A stretch of DNA of 60,720 bases from Alphaproteobacteria bacterium (lineage in GTDB: Bacteria; Pseudomonadota; Alphaproteobacteria; Rickettsiales; JABCZZ01). The notes beneath the pieces were generated by a model. It did not search any database and was not told where the DNA came from. It saw only the letters and a list, made by a program, of their open reading frames with translations. The position numbers and the translations under genes were made by a program. The DNA is taken from contig JABDGA010000003.1 in assembly GCA_013286285.1 (NCBI GenBank), forward strand, positions 1 to 60,720, read 5' to 3'. Positions within the stretch are counted from its first letter, which is position 1. Each line of letters starts with the position of its first letter. Shown here in pieces: positions 1 through 8,632 of this stretch.

Positions 1-1
1 T

Positions 2-610
2 AACCTGCGTGACAAATCGCACCAATACCCGATAGAAAGCGCCATCATCAACCATAATACCCCGATGGCCGTAGAACTGCTGAACCACAACGCAGATTAC
101 CATGTCAAAGCGGCCAACGGCAAAACACTGGTGGAACTGGCCAAACAGAATAATAATCCGGAAATTGCGAAAATGATTCAGGACAGGCTCGATAAGGAGG
201 CAGCCGATTACGCCAGCCTGCGCAGCCCACAGAGATTCAAGGATATTATTCACAGCTATGCCTTCGATAGCTGTAGCTACCAATATTGGACTTTTGTACT
301 CGGTTCCAAGCAGGATCCCGAAAAAGCCTCTGAAATCACCCGTCAGGCCGAACAGGTGAAGTCCGACATTCTGCTGATGACGGAGCAGCTCCAGCAATAT
401 TACCCCGCCACGCCGCCAAAGGATTTAAAGCGCATCTCGACGGATTCGGCGAAGAAAATTTTTGATATTCTTGATGCCATGATTTCCAATAACAACCGCA
501 GAGCTCAGGGCGTCGGCGCTTCTAAAGACGCGGATGAGCGCTGCCACAAGATCTCTGACGTGGTAGAAATCAAATTCCCTGTAGCAAGCAAAGGGCCTGG
601 CAAAAAATGA
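2..610 (+). CDS. Ankyrin-repeat protein (5' end cut by window edge)
   Basis: The frame is open from nt 2, with no stop before the listed ORF 65..610. The N-terminal part NLRDKSHQYPIESAIINHNTPMAVELLNHNADYHVKAANGKTLVELAKQNNNPEIAKMI reads as consecutive ankyrin-type repeats. The stop TGA 608-610 overlaps the next start (ATGA). Confidence 0.75.
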   Translation, partial: NLRDKSHQYPIESAIINHNTPMAVELLNHNADYHVKAANGKTLVELAKQNNNPEIAKMIQDRLDKEAADYASLRSPQRFKDIIHSYAFDSCSYQYWTFVLGSKQDPEKASEITRQAEQVKSDILLMTEQLQQYYPATPPKDLKRISTDSAKKIFDILDAMISNNNRRAQGVGASKDADERCHKISDVVEIKFPVASKGPGKK

Positions 611-2475
611 TGACACGCTGCTATCGAGCCGGTTTTACACTGGTAGAATTATCGGTCGTCCTGATCATTATTTCCCTGATCGTGGGGATGACAGCGGTAA
701 GTGGCGTCACTCTCATCAGCACCGCGAGATATTCAGCCACCGTTTCTAAAATGGCGGCGCTGGATCAAGCGTTGATGGCATTCCGCATCGCCAATGACCG
801 CCTTCCATGCCCCGCCGATTTATCACAGGTACTGGGCAGTACCACTTATGGCACGGAAGGCAACTGTTCTGCTATTGCAGGCGGCGTGTTTGTCGCGCAA
901 AATGCCGGCGCGACGGCCACCGCAGCCGAAGGTGGTGTGCCCACCGCTGCGCTGGGACTGCCCAGCGATTTCATGTATGATGGCTGGGGCAACCGCTTCC
1001 GTTATGCCGTGGACACCGGTATGACCACCATCAATACCTTTTCCACCATGCGGATAGGCTGTGTAGATGGAGCGATTACGGTTTATGGCGGTCCTGTCTC
1101 CAGTTCTACCTATCCTGCGACCACGTACAACACTACACGCACTACCGGTGCGATTTATGTGCTTATGAGCCACGGCTCTAATGGCCACGGCGGCGTGACC
1201 AAAAATGCCGTAGTCAACAACACCGGCGCTCTTAACAGCGACGCCCTTACCAACTGCCACTGCACCAGTACTGGCGCTGCCAGCACCTATTCCCCCGTCT
1301 ATGTCCAGGAACAGCCTTATACCTATCAGGCCATAGCGGCAGCCAACGCCAATTACAACTTCGACGATATCGTCACCTATAAAGAACGCTGGCAGATGCA
1401 AACCGCATGGGATATGTCAGGAACCAACTGCGCCTCCGGCGTTTATACCCGCCCGATCACCATTGATCATACGAAAGTAGGCACGGTGAACAACACCGAT
1501 CAAGTTAATTTCCCGTTGCTTTTCTCCGGCACCTATTCCTACCTGGCAACGGTGGCAAATGGCGGCAATGTCACCAACGCCAACGGCTATGACATTACCT
1601 TCTCCTCCGACGCTGCCGGAAAAAATGCCCTACCCTTCGAGCGTGAAGGTTATAACGCCACAACCGGCGCAGTAAATTTTTGGGTACAGGTTCCTATCGT
1701 TTCTCACACTGCCGATACAGTCATTTACCTGCAATACGACAACACCGCGATTACGACCGATCAGTCCAACCAACCCCGTCCTTGGGATAGCAATTACAAG
1801 GCGGTATGGCATTTAGACGAAACAAGCGGCCAGCATATGGATTCAACAAGCAATGGCAATAACAGTTCCACTGTCAGCGTGACTGCGGAAGGCACCGCAC
1901 CAGGAAAAATCGGAGGAGCGGACCAGTTTACCAGTGCAAGCGGCAATTATGTGCAGATAACCGGCCTTATCGGCAGTCCTTCCAGTGTCACTCTTTCAGG
2001 GTGGGGATATTTGACCACCAATGGAACCAGCGGTTCGGATATTATCTCTATTGGAGATTACACAGAGATTCGTCAGGATGACGGGGGTACTAAGGATAAG
2101 GGATCTTTTTTCCGGGGAAGCGCAAACGGCAACTGGTATGATACCGCAACCACCCCGCAAACCAGCTTGAGTGCATGGCATTATTTTGTCTATACGTTTA
2201 ATAACAGCAATCCTACATACACCCAGACATTTTACGTGGACGGGGTGCAAAAAACCCAAAGTAACAATGCCTATCCCATCGTTTATTCCACATTAGGCTC
2301 CAATACGTTTATCGGCCATCATGGAAACGGTAGCAGCAATTACAATTATGGCGGGTATATAGATGAGGTACACATTTCAAACGCCGCTCGCTCCGCTGAC
2401 TGGATTAAAACTGAGTATAATAACCAGAGTTCTCCAAGTACATTCTATACTGTCGGCTCCGTGGTTTCACGCTAG
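607..2475 (+). CDS. Prepilin-type N-terminal methylation-domain protein with a pseudopilin-like core fused to DUF2341-like and LamG/concanavalin-like domains
   Basis: MMTRCYRAGFTLVELSVVLIIISLIVGM is a prepilin cleavage/methylation motif (G|FTLVE plus hydrophobic helix). DGWGNRFRY resembles the GspG/PulG pseudopilin core motif. YDITFSSD..ALPFERE..NFWVQVP..VIYLQYDN looks DUF2341-like. The C-terminal WHLDE...FYVDG...GYIDEVHISNAARSADWI looks LamG-like. Confidence 0.7.
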   Translation: MMTRCYRAGFTLVELSVVLIIISLIVGMTAVSGVTLISTARYSATVSKMAALDQALMAFRIANDRLPCPADLSQVLGSTTYGTEGNCSAIAGGVFVAQNAGATATAAEGGVPTAALGLPSDFMYDGWGNRFRYAVDTGMTTINTFSTMRIGCVDGAITVYGGPVSSSTYPATTYNTTRTTGAIYVLMSHGSNGHGGVTKNAVVNNTGALNSDALTNCHCTSTGAASTYSPVYVQEQPYTYQAIAAANANYNFDDIVTYKERWQMQTAWDMSGTNCASGVYTRPITIDHTKVGTVNNTDQVNFPLLFSGTYSYLATVANGGNVTNANGYDITFSSDAAGKNALPFEREGYNATTGAVNFWVQVPIVSHTADTVIYLQYDNTAITTDQSNQPRPWDSNYKAVWHLDETSGQHMDSTSNGNNSSTVSVTAEGTAPGKIGGADQFTSASGNYVQITGLIGSPSSVTLSGWGYLTTNGTSGSDIISIGDYTEIRQDDGGTKDKGSFFRGSANGNWYDTATTPQTSLSAWHYFVYTFNNSNPTYTQTFYVDGVQKTQSNNAYPIVYSTLGSNTFIGHHGNGSSNYNYGGYIDEVHISNAARSADWIKTEYNNQSSPSTFYTVGSVVSR

Positions 2476-2485
2476 CAGGCACTCA

Positions 2486-3076
2486 TTACTTTGCGCAAAG
2501 CGCTACATGGGTTTTGATATACTGCGAAAGCATTACGATGAAATTTTCCGCCGGGAGGCGGAAGCCGTTGAATATAAGCGCCACGGCAAGCGCGGATAAC
2601 ATGAAGCCGTACACGTTGAATTTTTCGATAGTATTGTACCGCAAAAATACCACCGCCGGCAGCAACGCAATGCCGCCAGCGATAAGACCGATGATAATCT
2701 CCGGCGCGGTATGAAATCCAAGGATAAGCCGTGTCAGGGCAATCGCGCTGATCAGAGGCACAAGCAACAATAACGGAACAAAACGCCATAGGCCCTGCAG
2801 TTGGCCGGCCAGAAGAAGGGCATAGGTGCCGAGCACGGCCACCGAAAGGGCGGCATGACCGCTGGGGGAATATATCCCATAACGGTGCAGCCCTTCATTG
2901 CAGCCACGGACAAATAGCTTCAGCAGCCCAATTAAAAAGGCGGATCCGGATAAAGACAGAAGCAGCGCGGAAGCTCCCTTGCGGCAGCCCTGGAACAGGA
3001 GATAGCCTGCCCCTGTTATCACCATGCAGCCTAAGACAAAGCTATCGCCAATATCCGTTATGAACGTTAAATTCAT
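2486..3076 (-). CDS. PAP2-family membrane phosphatase
   Basis: A polytopic 196-aa ORF carrying PAP2 motifs: SPSGHAA (PSGH) and TRLILGFHTAPEI (R-x5-H-x3-acidic). It is convergent with the upstream pilin-like gene. Confidence 0.6.
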   Translation of the reverse strand: MNLTFITDIGDSFVLGCMVITGAGYLLFQGCRKGASALLLSLSGSAFLIGLLKLFVRGCNEGLHRYGIYSPSGHAALSVAVLGTYALLLAGQLQGLWRFVPLLLLVPLISAIALTRLILGFHTAPEIIIGLIAGGIALLPAVVFLRYNTIEKFNVYGFMLSALAVALIFNGFRLPAENFIVMLSQYIKTHVALCAK

Positions 3077-3195
3077 ACTTTTATATACTCACTTGAACCA
3101 TTTTCAGCCCACTCCAAATGGTTGGTTACGATCGGCTCACGCGACGCAAACCCGTCATTCACAAAGGCGGTTTTGTATATTCGTGGGACGGACAT

Positions 3196-3226
3196 AAAAA
3201 AAGAGGCGCGAAAACACGCCTCTTTT
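3196..3226 (-). terminator. Rho-independent terminator downstream of cspA
   Basis: Stem gaggcg (3203-3208) pairs with cgcctc (3217-3222) around an 8-nt loop. On the plus strand it is preceded by seven A residues (3196-3202), which form a U-tract on the minus-strand transcript. It lies about 40 nt after the cspA stop. Confidence 0.6.
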
Positions 3227-3261
3227 CCGAATAGATTAAATATCAGATGGGGAAGCGTACT

Positions 3262-3468
3262 TCAGGAAAGAACTTTCAGATTTACCGCGGAGGACTTACC
3301 TTTTTCCATAGCAATTTCAAATTCAACACGCTGGCCTTCCATGAGCGTACGAAGTCCGGCCTTCTGTACGGCGGAAATATGCACGAACACGTCTTTAGAA
3401 CCATCCTCAGGTTGGATGAAGCCATAACCCTTAATGGTGTTGAACCACTTAACGATACCAATAGCCAT
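3262..3468 (-). CDS. cspA: Cold-shock protein, CspA family
   Basis: 68 aa. [34 protein letters not shown] contains the RNP1 (KGYGFI) and RNP2 (VFVHIS) motifs of cold-shock domains. About 480 nt of non-coding sequence lies upstream (3469-3952). Confidence 0.95.
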   Translation of the reverse strand: MAIGIVKWFNTIKGYGFIQPEDGSKDVFVHISAVQKAGLRTLMEGQRVEFEIAMEKGKSSAVNLKVLS

Positions 3469-3759
3469 AATAAAAAACCTCTTGAGTCAATTAAATATCC
3501 GGAACTAAACGAGATGCAACTTTTCCTGAAACTGAAAAACCCCAGCACACCGCTCATCCGACCATGCAAACAAGCCCTGAGCCTACCCACACAGATTAGC
3601 ATTACTTATAACAAAAAAAAAACAATTGAAAGCAATTTCTATTCCGCAATACTTGCAGCGGACGGCGGCCTATTGTAATATAGTGACAGTTGCGAAAAAT
3701 CTCAGGCGAGGATGCCGGTTTCCCCTTATATTTTTCTTTCCGGCCTGTTTTTTAATATG

Positions 3760-3908
3760 ATTAGGTAGTATGCATTTTGTTGCTAGGCTGCGTAAAATAC
3801 GCAGGTTTTCGAGAACTGTACTGGAGCGTACTACGTACGTGAAGCACGGAAGCGGAGGAAACCAAGTAAGTTTGCCAGCATAGTAGATTAAAGTGCATAC
3901 TACCTAAT
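3760..3908. repeat. Perfect 15-bp inverted repeat pair enclosing 119 nt
   Basis: attaggtagtatgca (3760-3774) is the exact reverse complement of tgcatactacctaat (3894-3908). Inside lies a 7-bp hairpin, ctgcgta-aaa-tacgcag (3788-3804), followed by gtttt. Confidence 0.8.
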
Positions 3909-3952
3909 GTTACTGGTATGTTTGACTATAAAGTCCTGAATCCCGAGCATGA

Positions 3953-4756
3953 TTGCAACTCACGATGACAGAGATGGATGAACCGGAACATAATTCGTTG
4001 ACGGATAGTATTGAAGACGGCAGCTATTACGTTGCCGCACACCGCTGGTATTCCGATATTTTCCATGCTCCCATCGCTGAACGCAGTTACTATATCATTG
4101 TGCTGCTGCTGGCCTGCCTGAATGTGTATTACTCCGGCAGCGCGTTTATGAGTATGTTTCCGCTCAATGCGCCAGCAGCCTTCAACATTTCCGTAGGGGA
4201 TATATGGACCGAATATCCACGCATACAGAAACTTGCGCGCTCCAGCTCCGAAGACAAAAACGTCGCGCTGATGCGCTATCTTATCGAAAATTATATTACC
4301 AACCGCGAATCTTACGATCTCCGATCCTATGAATTCCGTTACCGCAATATCTGGAGCACCAGTTCCGCGCAGGTTTTTGATACCTATAAGACACTGGTGG
4401 ATCCGTCCAACCCTTTAAGCCTTTATCATCAGTACACCGATCTGGCAAACCGTACAGTTGAAATCGTTTCCATGGATTATGACCGCAAACCGGAAATCGC
4501 GCACGCACATGTTGTATTCAGAACACATGTGACATCCGTTGTGACGATGCGGGAACTCAGGCAGGCAAAATGGGAAGCGGATTTGTCTTACAAATACACG
4601 GATTTCAAAGTGGACCAGAAACTGAACACCCACAATTCGATTGCTGCACTTTTGGGCTTGACCGGGAAAGGCGCGAAGGGTAGCGGTGAAAAGAGGGGGG
4701 TGACTCCCATGACTTTCATGGTTACAGACTATCAGGTAAAAGAGATGCTTGAATGA
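3953..4756 (+). CDS. virB8: VirB8-family type IV secretion protein (bitopic)
   Basis: Short cytoplasmic N-terminus, one TM helix (YYIIVLLLACLNVYYSGSAF), and a roughly 200-aa periplasmic part that ends with a VirB8-like tail (VTPMTFMVTDYQVKE, compare NPLGFxVTxY). The listed start is TTG; an ATG at 3965 is an alternative. The stop overlaps the virB9-like start (ATGA). Confidence 0.6.
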   Translation: MQLTMTEMDEPEHNSLTDSIEDGSYYVAAHRWYSDIFHAPIAERSYYIIVLLLACLNVYYSGSAFMSMFPLNAPAAFNISVGDIWTEYPRIQKLARSSSEDKNVALMRYLIENYITNRESYDLRSYEFRYRNIWSTSSAQVFDTYKTLVDPSNPLSLYHQYTDLANRTVEIVSMDYDRKPEIAHAHVVFRTHVTSVVTMRELRQAKWEADLSYKYTDFKVDQKLNTHNSIAALLGLTGKGAKGSGEKRGVTPMTFMVTDYQVKEMLE

Positions 4757-5580
4757 ACAGACCTCTTTTGAAATATGGCGGCATCCTGGCAGTAACGCTT
4801 GCAAGCCTGTGCAGCGTGCCTGTCCAGGCGCTGTTGGATCCTGTTCCCATCGCGACCGATGCACGCATCAAAACCGTGATATACAGCGCCAACGAGATCA
4901 TTAAGTTCACCGGCTATTACCGGTTTGAATCCAACATACAGTTTGAGGAAGGTGAGACTATCGGCACCATATCGCTTGGCGACTCTGTTGCATGGCAGAT
5001 TAATCCGGTGGCGAACCGCCTGTTCCTGAAACCCATTGAGCAGGATGCCACGACCAACATGACGGTCATCACCAGCAAGCATACCTATTTCTTTGAGCTG
5101 CACGCCGCCGAAGCAAAGGATATAACCGATAAAGGCCAAACGATCGAGCTGCGCATCATCTACCCGAATGAAGATGCTTCCGGCGGGGCGGCGGTACATA
5201 GCAGCCTTGATCACGTACCGGATCTGGAGCAGGAGGATCTGAATAAATATAATTTCCGCTATAGCCTCAGCGGATCAGAAGAGATATCACCCATTCGCAT
5301 ATTTGATGACGGCGAATTTACGTATTTCCAGTTCCGTGACATCAATGCTGAAATACCTGCATTTTTCCAGGTGGACAAGGAAGGTAATGAGTCTGTGGTC
5401 AACTACCGCACACGCGGGCCGTACATTGTGGTGGAACGGGTGGCTGCCCGCTATACCCTGCGGCATGGGAAAAGCGTGGCTTGCGTATTTAATGAAGCAA
5501 TGGTAGACGGAAAACCCATGCATGCGTCGAAGCCGCGCTCCTGGTGGAGCAAAGTGACCTTCGGCCTATTTGACGATTAG
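4753..5580 (+). CDS. virB9: VirB9/TrbG/CagX-family type IV secretion protein
   Basis: It has a signal peptide (ILAVTLASLCSVPVQA). IKTVIYSANEIIKFTGYYRFESNIQFEEGETIGTISLGDSVAWQINPVANRLFLKPIEQDATTNMTVITSKHTYFFEL matches the canonical VirB9 N-terminal domain pattern. Confidence 0.75.
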   Translation: MNRPLLKYGGILAVTLASLCSVPVQALLDPVPIATDARIKTVIYSANEIIKFTGYYRFESNIQFEEGETIGTISLGDSVAWQINPVANRLFLKPIEQDATTNMTVITSKHTYFFELHAAEAKDITDKGQTIELRIIYPNEDASGGAAVHSSLDHVPDLEQEDLNKYNFRYSLSGSEEISPIRIFDDGEFTYFQFRDINAEIPAFFQVDKEGNESVVNYRTRGPYIVVERVAARYTLRHGKSVACVFNEAMVDGKPMHASKPRSWWSKVTFGLFDD

Positions 5581-5614
5581 CAGCCTCTCTTTGCGGCTTA
5601 CAATAACTGGTGAT

Positions 5615-6415
5615 ATGAGATATTTGATTTTTTTGTTTATCTTGCCTTTGGTTGCGCTTTCCGCGTGCAGCAAGAAGGAGGAAACTAAGGAAAAGCCGCC
5701 GCAATCGGTCGAGAAGCTTTACAATGACGCCATGGATAAGCTTAAGGACAGGGATTACAAGGAAGCCATTACCGCGTTTGAAGAGGTGGAGCGGCAGCAC
5801 AGCTATTCCGAATGGGCCTTGCGCGCTGAAATTATGGCGTCCTATGCCGCATACCGCAATATGCAGTACGACACCGCAGTCAGCAATCTCGACCGTTTTG
5901 TCAAACAGCACCCTAATAACAACGATACAGCTTACGCTTTTTATCTCAAAGCGATGTGTTACTATGTCCAGATCACCGATGTCGGGCGCGATCAGCGGGT
6001 GACGACCCAGGCGCAGCAGGCACTGACCGAGGTGGTAAAACGGTTTCCCGATACCGAATATGCGCGTGACGCCCGGATAAAGCTTGACCTGGTGAGTGAC
6101 CATCTTGCAGGCAAGGAAATGGAAATCGGGCGCTATTACCAGAAACGCCAGGATTACCTTGCTGCTATTAACCGTTTCCGAATCGTGGTTGAAAAATATC
6201 AGATGACCAGTCATACGCCGGAGGCGCTTCACCGGCTGGTGGAATGCTATCTAAAGCTCGGAGTCACCGATCAGGCGCAGAAATATGCGGCGGTCCTTGG
6301 ATATAATTACCCCAACAGTTCCTGGTACAAAGACAGCTATGCCGATATGAACAACAAACCTTTGCCGCCTGAACCTGGCAATAAAAACCTGGTGGATAAA
6401 ATATTGCCTTGGTAG
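5615..6415 (+). CDS. bamD: Outer-membrane assembly lipoprotein BamD (YfiO/ComL family)
   Basis: The start is set at ATG 5615, giving MRYLIFLFILPLVALSAC with a lipobox (LSAC). The TPR-like body (LYNDAMDKLKDRDYKEAITAFEEVERQH..., RYYQKRQDYLAAINRF) is typical of BamD. The listed ORF start at 5570 would add a non-signal extension. Confidence 0.85.
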   Translation: MRYLIFLFILPLVALSACSKKEETKEKPPQSVEKLYNDAMDKLKDRDYKEAITAFEEVERQHSYSEWALRAEIMASYAAYRNMQYDTAVSNLDRFVKQHPNNNDTAYAFYLKAMCYYVQITDVGRDQRVTTQAQQALTEVVKRFPDTEYARDARIKLDLVSDHLAGKEMEIGRYYQKRQDYLAAINRFRIVVEKYQMTSHTPEALHRLVECYLKLGVTDQAQKYAAVLGYNYPNSSWYKDSYADMNNKPLPPEPGNKNLVDKILPW

Positions 6416-6421
6416 TTAATC

Positions 6422-6449
6422 CGTTGCGCGTTTCCTGTTACGCGCAACG
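6422..6449 (+). terminator. 9-bp perfect hairpin after bamD (possible terminator, no U-tract)
   Basis: cgttgcgcg (6422-6430) pairs with cgcgcaacg (6441-6449) around a 10-nt loop. It sits between the bamD stop and the ferredoxin start. The lack of a T-run keeps confidence low. Confidence 0.3.
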
Positions 6450-6478
6450 AACACCGAGAAACAAATAACGATCTTTTT

Positions 6479-6784
6479 ATGCCCTTCTATAGTTACCATA
6501 TCTTCTGCTGCACCAACCGGCGTGAGCCAGGGCATACGCGCGGGTGCTGCACGGAAAAAGATGCAGAAGCCCTGCGTGATTACATGAAAAGGCAAGTTAA
6601 AACGCTTGGCATAGAAAAGACACGCGTTAATAATGCAGGTTGCCTGGATCGCTGCGAACTGGGGCCATGCATGGTTATCTATCCTGAAGGCGTCTGGTAT
6701 AGCTGCAAGACAAAAGAAGATATTGATGAAGTCATCCGCGAACACCTGCAAGGCGGAAATATTGTGGAGAGATTAAAAATATAA
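6479..6784 (+). CDS. Thioredoxin-like [2Fe-2S] ferredoxin domain protein
   Basis: 101 aa. HIFCCTNRR...GCC...AGCLDRCELGPCMVIYPEGVWY shows the Cys pattern and PxGxWY motif of this ferredoxin family. Confidence 0.8.
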   Translation: MPFYSYHIFCCTNRREPGHTRGCCTEKDAEALRDYMKRQVKTLGIEKTRVNNAGCLDRCELGPCMVIYPEGVWYSCKTKEDIDEVIREHLQGGNIVERLKI

Positions 6785-7015
6785 CTTATTCCGACGGAGA
6801 CCCTTCATTGCCCTCCCCGTGTGGCGGAGGAGGCAGAGGGCCATCCTCCCTGCCTGCCCGCCACCATGCGGCGGCATTTTCTGTAATGCGCTATAACAGG
6901 CATCCGAGATTTCCTTGTAATGATCCTCAAGACAATCCAGAATCCGTCCGCCTCCCGGCTGAATCCCCTTGCAGAATGTTTTAGCATCGTCACGGCAGGC
7001 TTCACGCGGCCCCAT
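6773..7015 (-). CDS. Small cysteine-rich-repeat protein, possibly an N-terminally truncated remnant
   Basis: ACRDDAKTFCKGIQPGGGRILDCLEDHYKEISDACYSAL resembles one unit of the bacterial Cys-rich repeat (C-x3-x-FC-x-V-x-PG-x-GRI-x-CL). There is no signal peptide. No start codon exists between the in-frame TAG upstream and ATG 7015. The C-terminal 30 aa look non-native. Confidence 0.35.
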   Translation of the reverse strand: MGPREACRDDAKTFCKGIQPGGGRILDCLEDHYKEISDACYSALQKMPPHGGGQAGRMALCLLRHTGRAMKGLRRNKLYF

Positions 7016-7053
7016 CGGAGAAGGATCCGCATAGACAGAGGAGGAAATCTATC

Positions 7054-8394
7054 TTATCGGTTCAGCTGCAAGGCCATATCATCCACAACACGCGATGCCC
7101 AGACATTGCGCGGTATATTCTCCACCTGCTCCTGCAGCATTGCCTTAAGCTTAGGCTGCCGATCTTTCACTCCAGGCAAATCCGCCCAGAATTTCGTTAC
7201 TTGATTCATTAGCTCCTCACGCCGCTCTTCCGGCTGCTGCGCAATCACCTCGGCAGCAAGCGCCATCACGCGCAGCTTGCCGTCAGCATTTAGACTACCT
7301 GCCGCATTGGATGGGTCCTTGCTCGATATGGCAACCAACAAATCCGCCAGAATATAAGCGGCAGTGGTGCCGGCAAGTATCAGATATGCGCCTGCCCCTT
7401 TTTTTTCATCTCTGTATTTTTCATATGCTTCACGCGCCAGCATCACTTCCGTTATCATGGAGCCATACCCGAACAGGCGAAGCGGTTTTTCTTTTATCCA
7501 GTTAATAAAGCTGCGGACAGGCCCCTTCTTTGCAGAACTTTCCTGTCCGTCTTCTAAGCTCCCTTTCGTCTGTTCGGGAATAAAAAATGAAATGGTTTTT
7601 AATGCCACGGAACTTATGCCGTACCCTAAGCTCCCCCACTTTTTATGTTCTTTACGAAAAGTTTTATACCCGGAAATCAATTTCGCGCCTGCACCGCCCA
7701 TATATAACAGCAAGGTATTTTGAGCGGCAGTGCGGTGCAAAAAGCTTTCCGTAGATGGTGGTTTAGTGCTCACCTTGCTGTCTATAGCCGCTAGCCCGGA
7801 ATCCTCCGGCAGGCTGCCGTTTATTTTCTTTATGAATGCCGCCGTTTTTTCTGATAGGACTTGTACGGCCTGTTCCGGTTTCGCAGAGCGATTCCCGAAG
7901 AGCGCGAGATTGGCTCCACCAAGGGTATAAAGCGAGCCAGCAGTGATAACATATTTATCTCTTTTACCACTCGCGTCTTTTCCCACTAAGCCATCCCACA
8001 ACAACCCTATGTCTCCAAACAGATTCAGAACTCCGGCCAAGGATAGGCTGTGGCGCTTAAGAAACTGTTTTATTCCCCCAAACCTTGCAGGTTTTGCGTC
8101 ATCCTGCGCATCCATTTTGATCTGCGGCGTTCCAATAATAAAACGATGCTCTGCAAGAAAATCGATGCAATCCTTCTCGTTTGCAAACCCATTTACCTGC
8201 AATGCGCTACGCCCATCCACGGTAACCGCCACGCATTGCCAGCTATGCGCTTCCAGTTTTTCACGGATTTCCGCAAGCTGCTCCGCCCTCAGATCCTCCC
8301 TTGCCGCTAGCAAGGCGACGGGCGGCTCCGCTGCCGTATGATGAAAGACGATTTCCGGGATCGCAGAATCGTCGGAAAAACGATAGATTGCCAT
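7054..8394 (-). CDS. Hypothetical protein, 446 aa, with hydrophobic segments
   Basis: A long ORF with protein-like composition, and every ORF on the opposite strand is shorter. I recognise no family. It lies divergent from 8633..10072 across an AT-rich 238-bp spacer. Confidence 0.6.
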   Translation of the reverse strand: MAIYRFSDDSAIPEIVFHHTAAEPPVALLAAREDLRAEQLAEIREKLEAHSWQCVAVTVDGRSALQVNGFANEKDCIDFLAEHRFIIGTPQIKMDAQDDAKPARFGGIKQFLKRHSLSLAGVLNLFGDIGLLWDGLVGKDASGKRDKYVITAGSLYTLGGANLALFGNRSAKPEQAVQVLSEKTAAFIKKINGSLPEDSGLAAIDSKVSTKPPSTESFLHRTAAQNTLLLYMGGAGAKLISGYKTFRKEHKKWGSLGYGISSVALKTISFFIPEQTKGSLEDGQESSAKKGPVRSFINWIKEKPLRLFGYGSMITEVMLAREAYEKYRDEKKGAGAYLILAGTTAAYILADLLVAISSKDPSNAAGSLNADGKLRVMALAAEVIAQQPEERREELMNQVTKFWADLPGVKDRQPKLKAMLQEQVENIPRNVWASRVVDDMALQLNR

Positions 8395-8632
8395 AGGTTA
8401 AAATATACCGGAAGCCTAAGGTAAAATCCACGCGAAACCCACTGAAGAAATATGAAGATTTTGTGACAATCTTGCAAACAACCTTCTACTAAAAAACCTT
8501 CTTAGTAGCATGATAAACAATATATTTTCTGTTTTCTTCTTTGCCCATCATATGATCTTAACAATCATTTTATAATAAAAAGATATATAATCCCGGCAAT
8601 GAGATCATTCTGTACACTATAGGAGCAACAAA

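Noticed and set aside
3247-3678. 143-aa plus-strand ORF overlapping cspA
   Set aside because: It is antisense to the unmistakable cold-shock gene and extends into its upstream non-coding region. It has no motifs.
5489-6232. 247-aa minus-strand ORF
   Set aside because: It is antisense to bamD, which has a lipobox and a TPR pattern. This is a shadow ORF.
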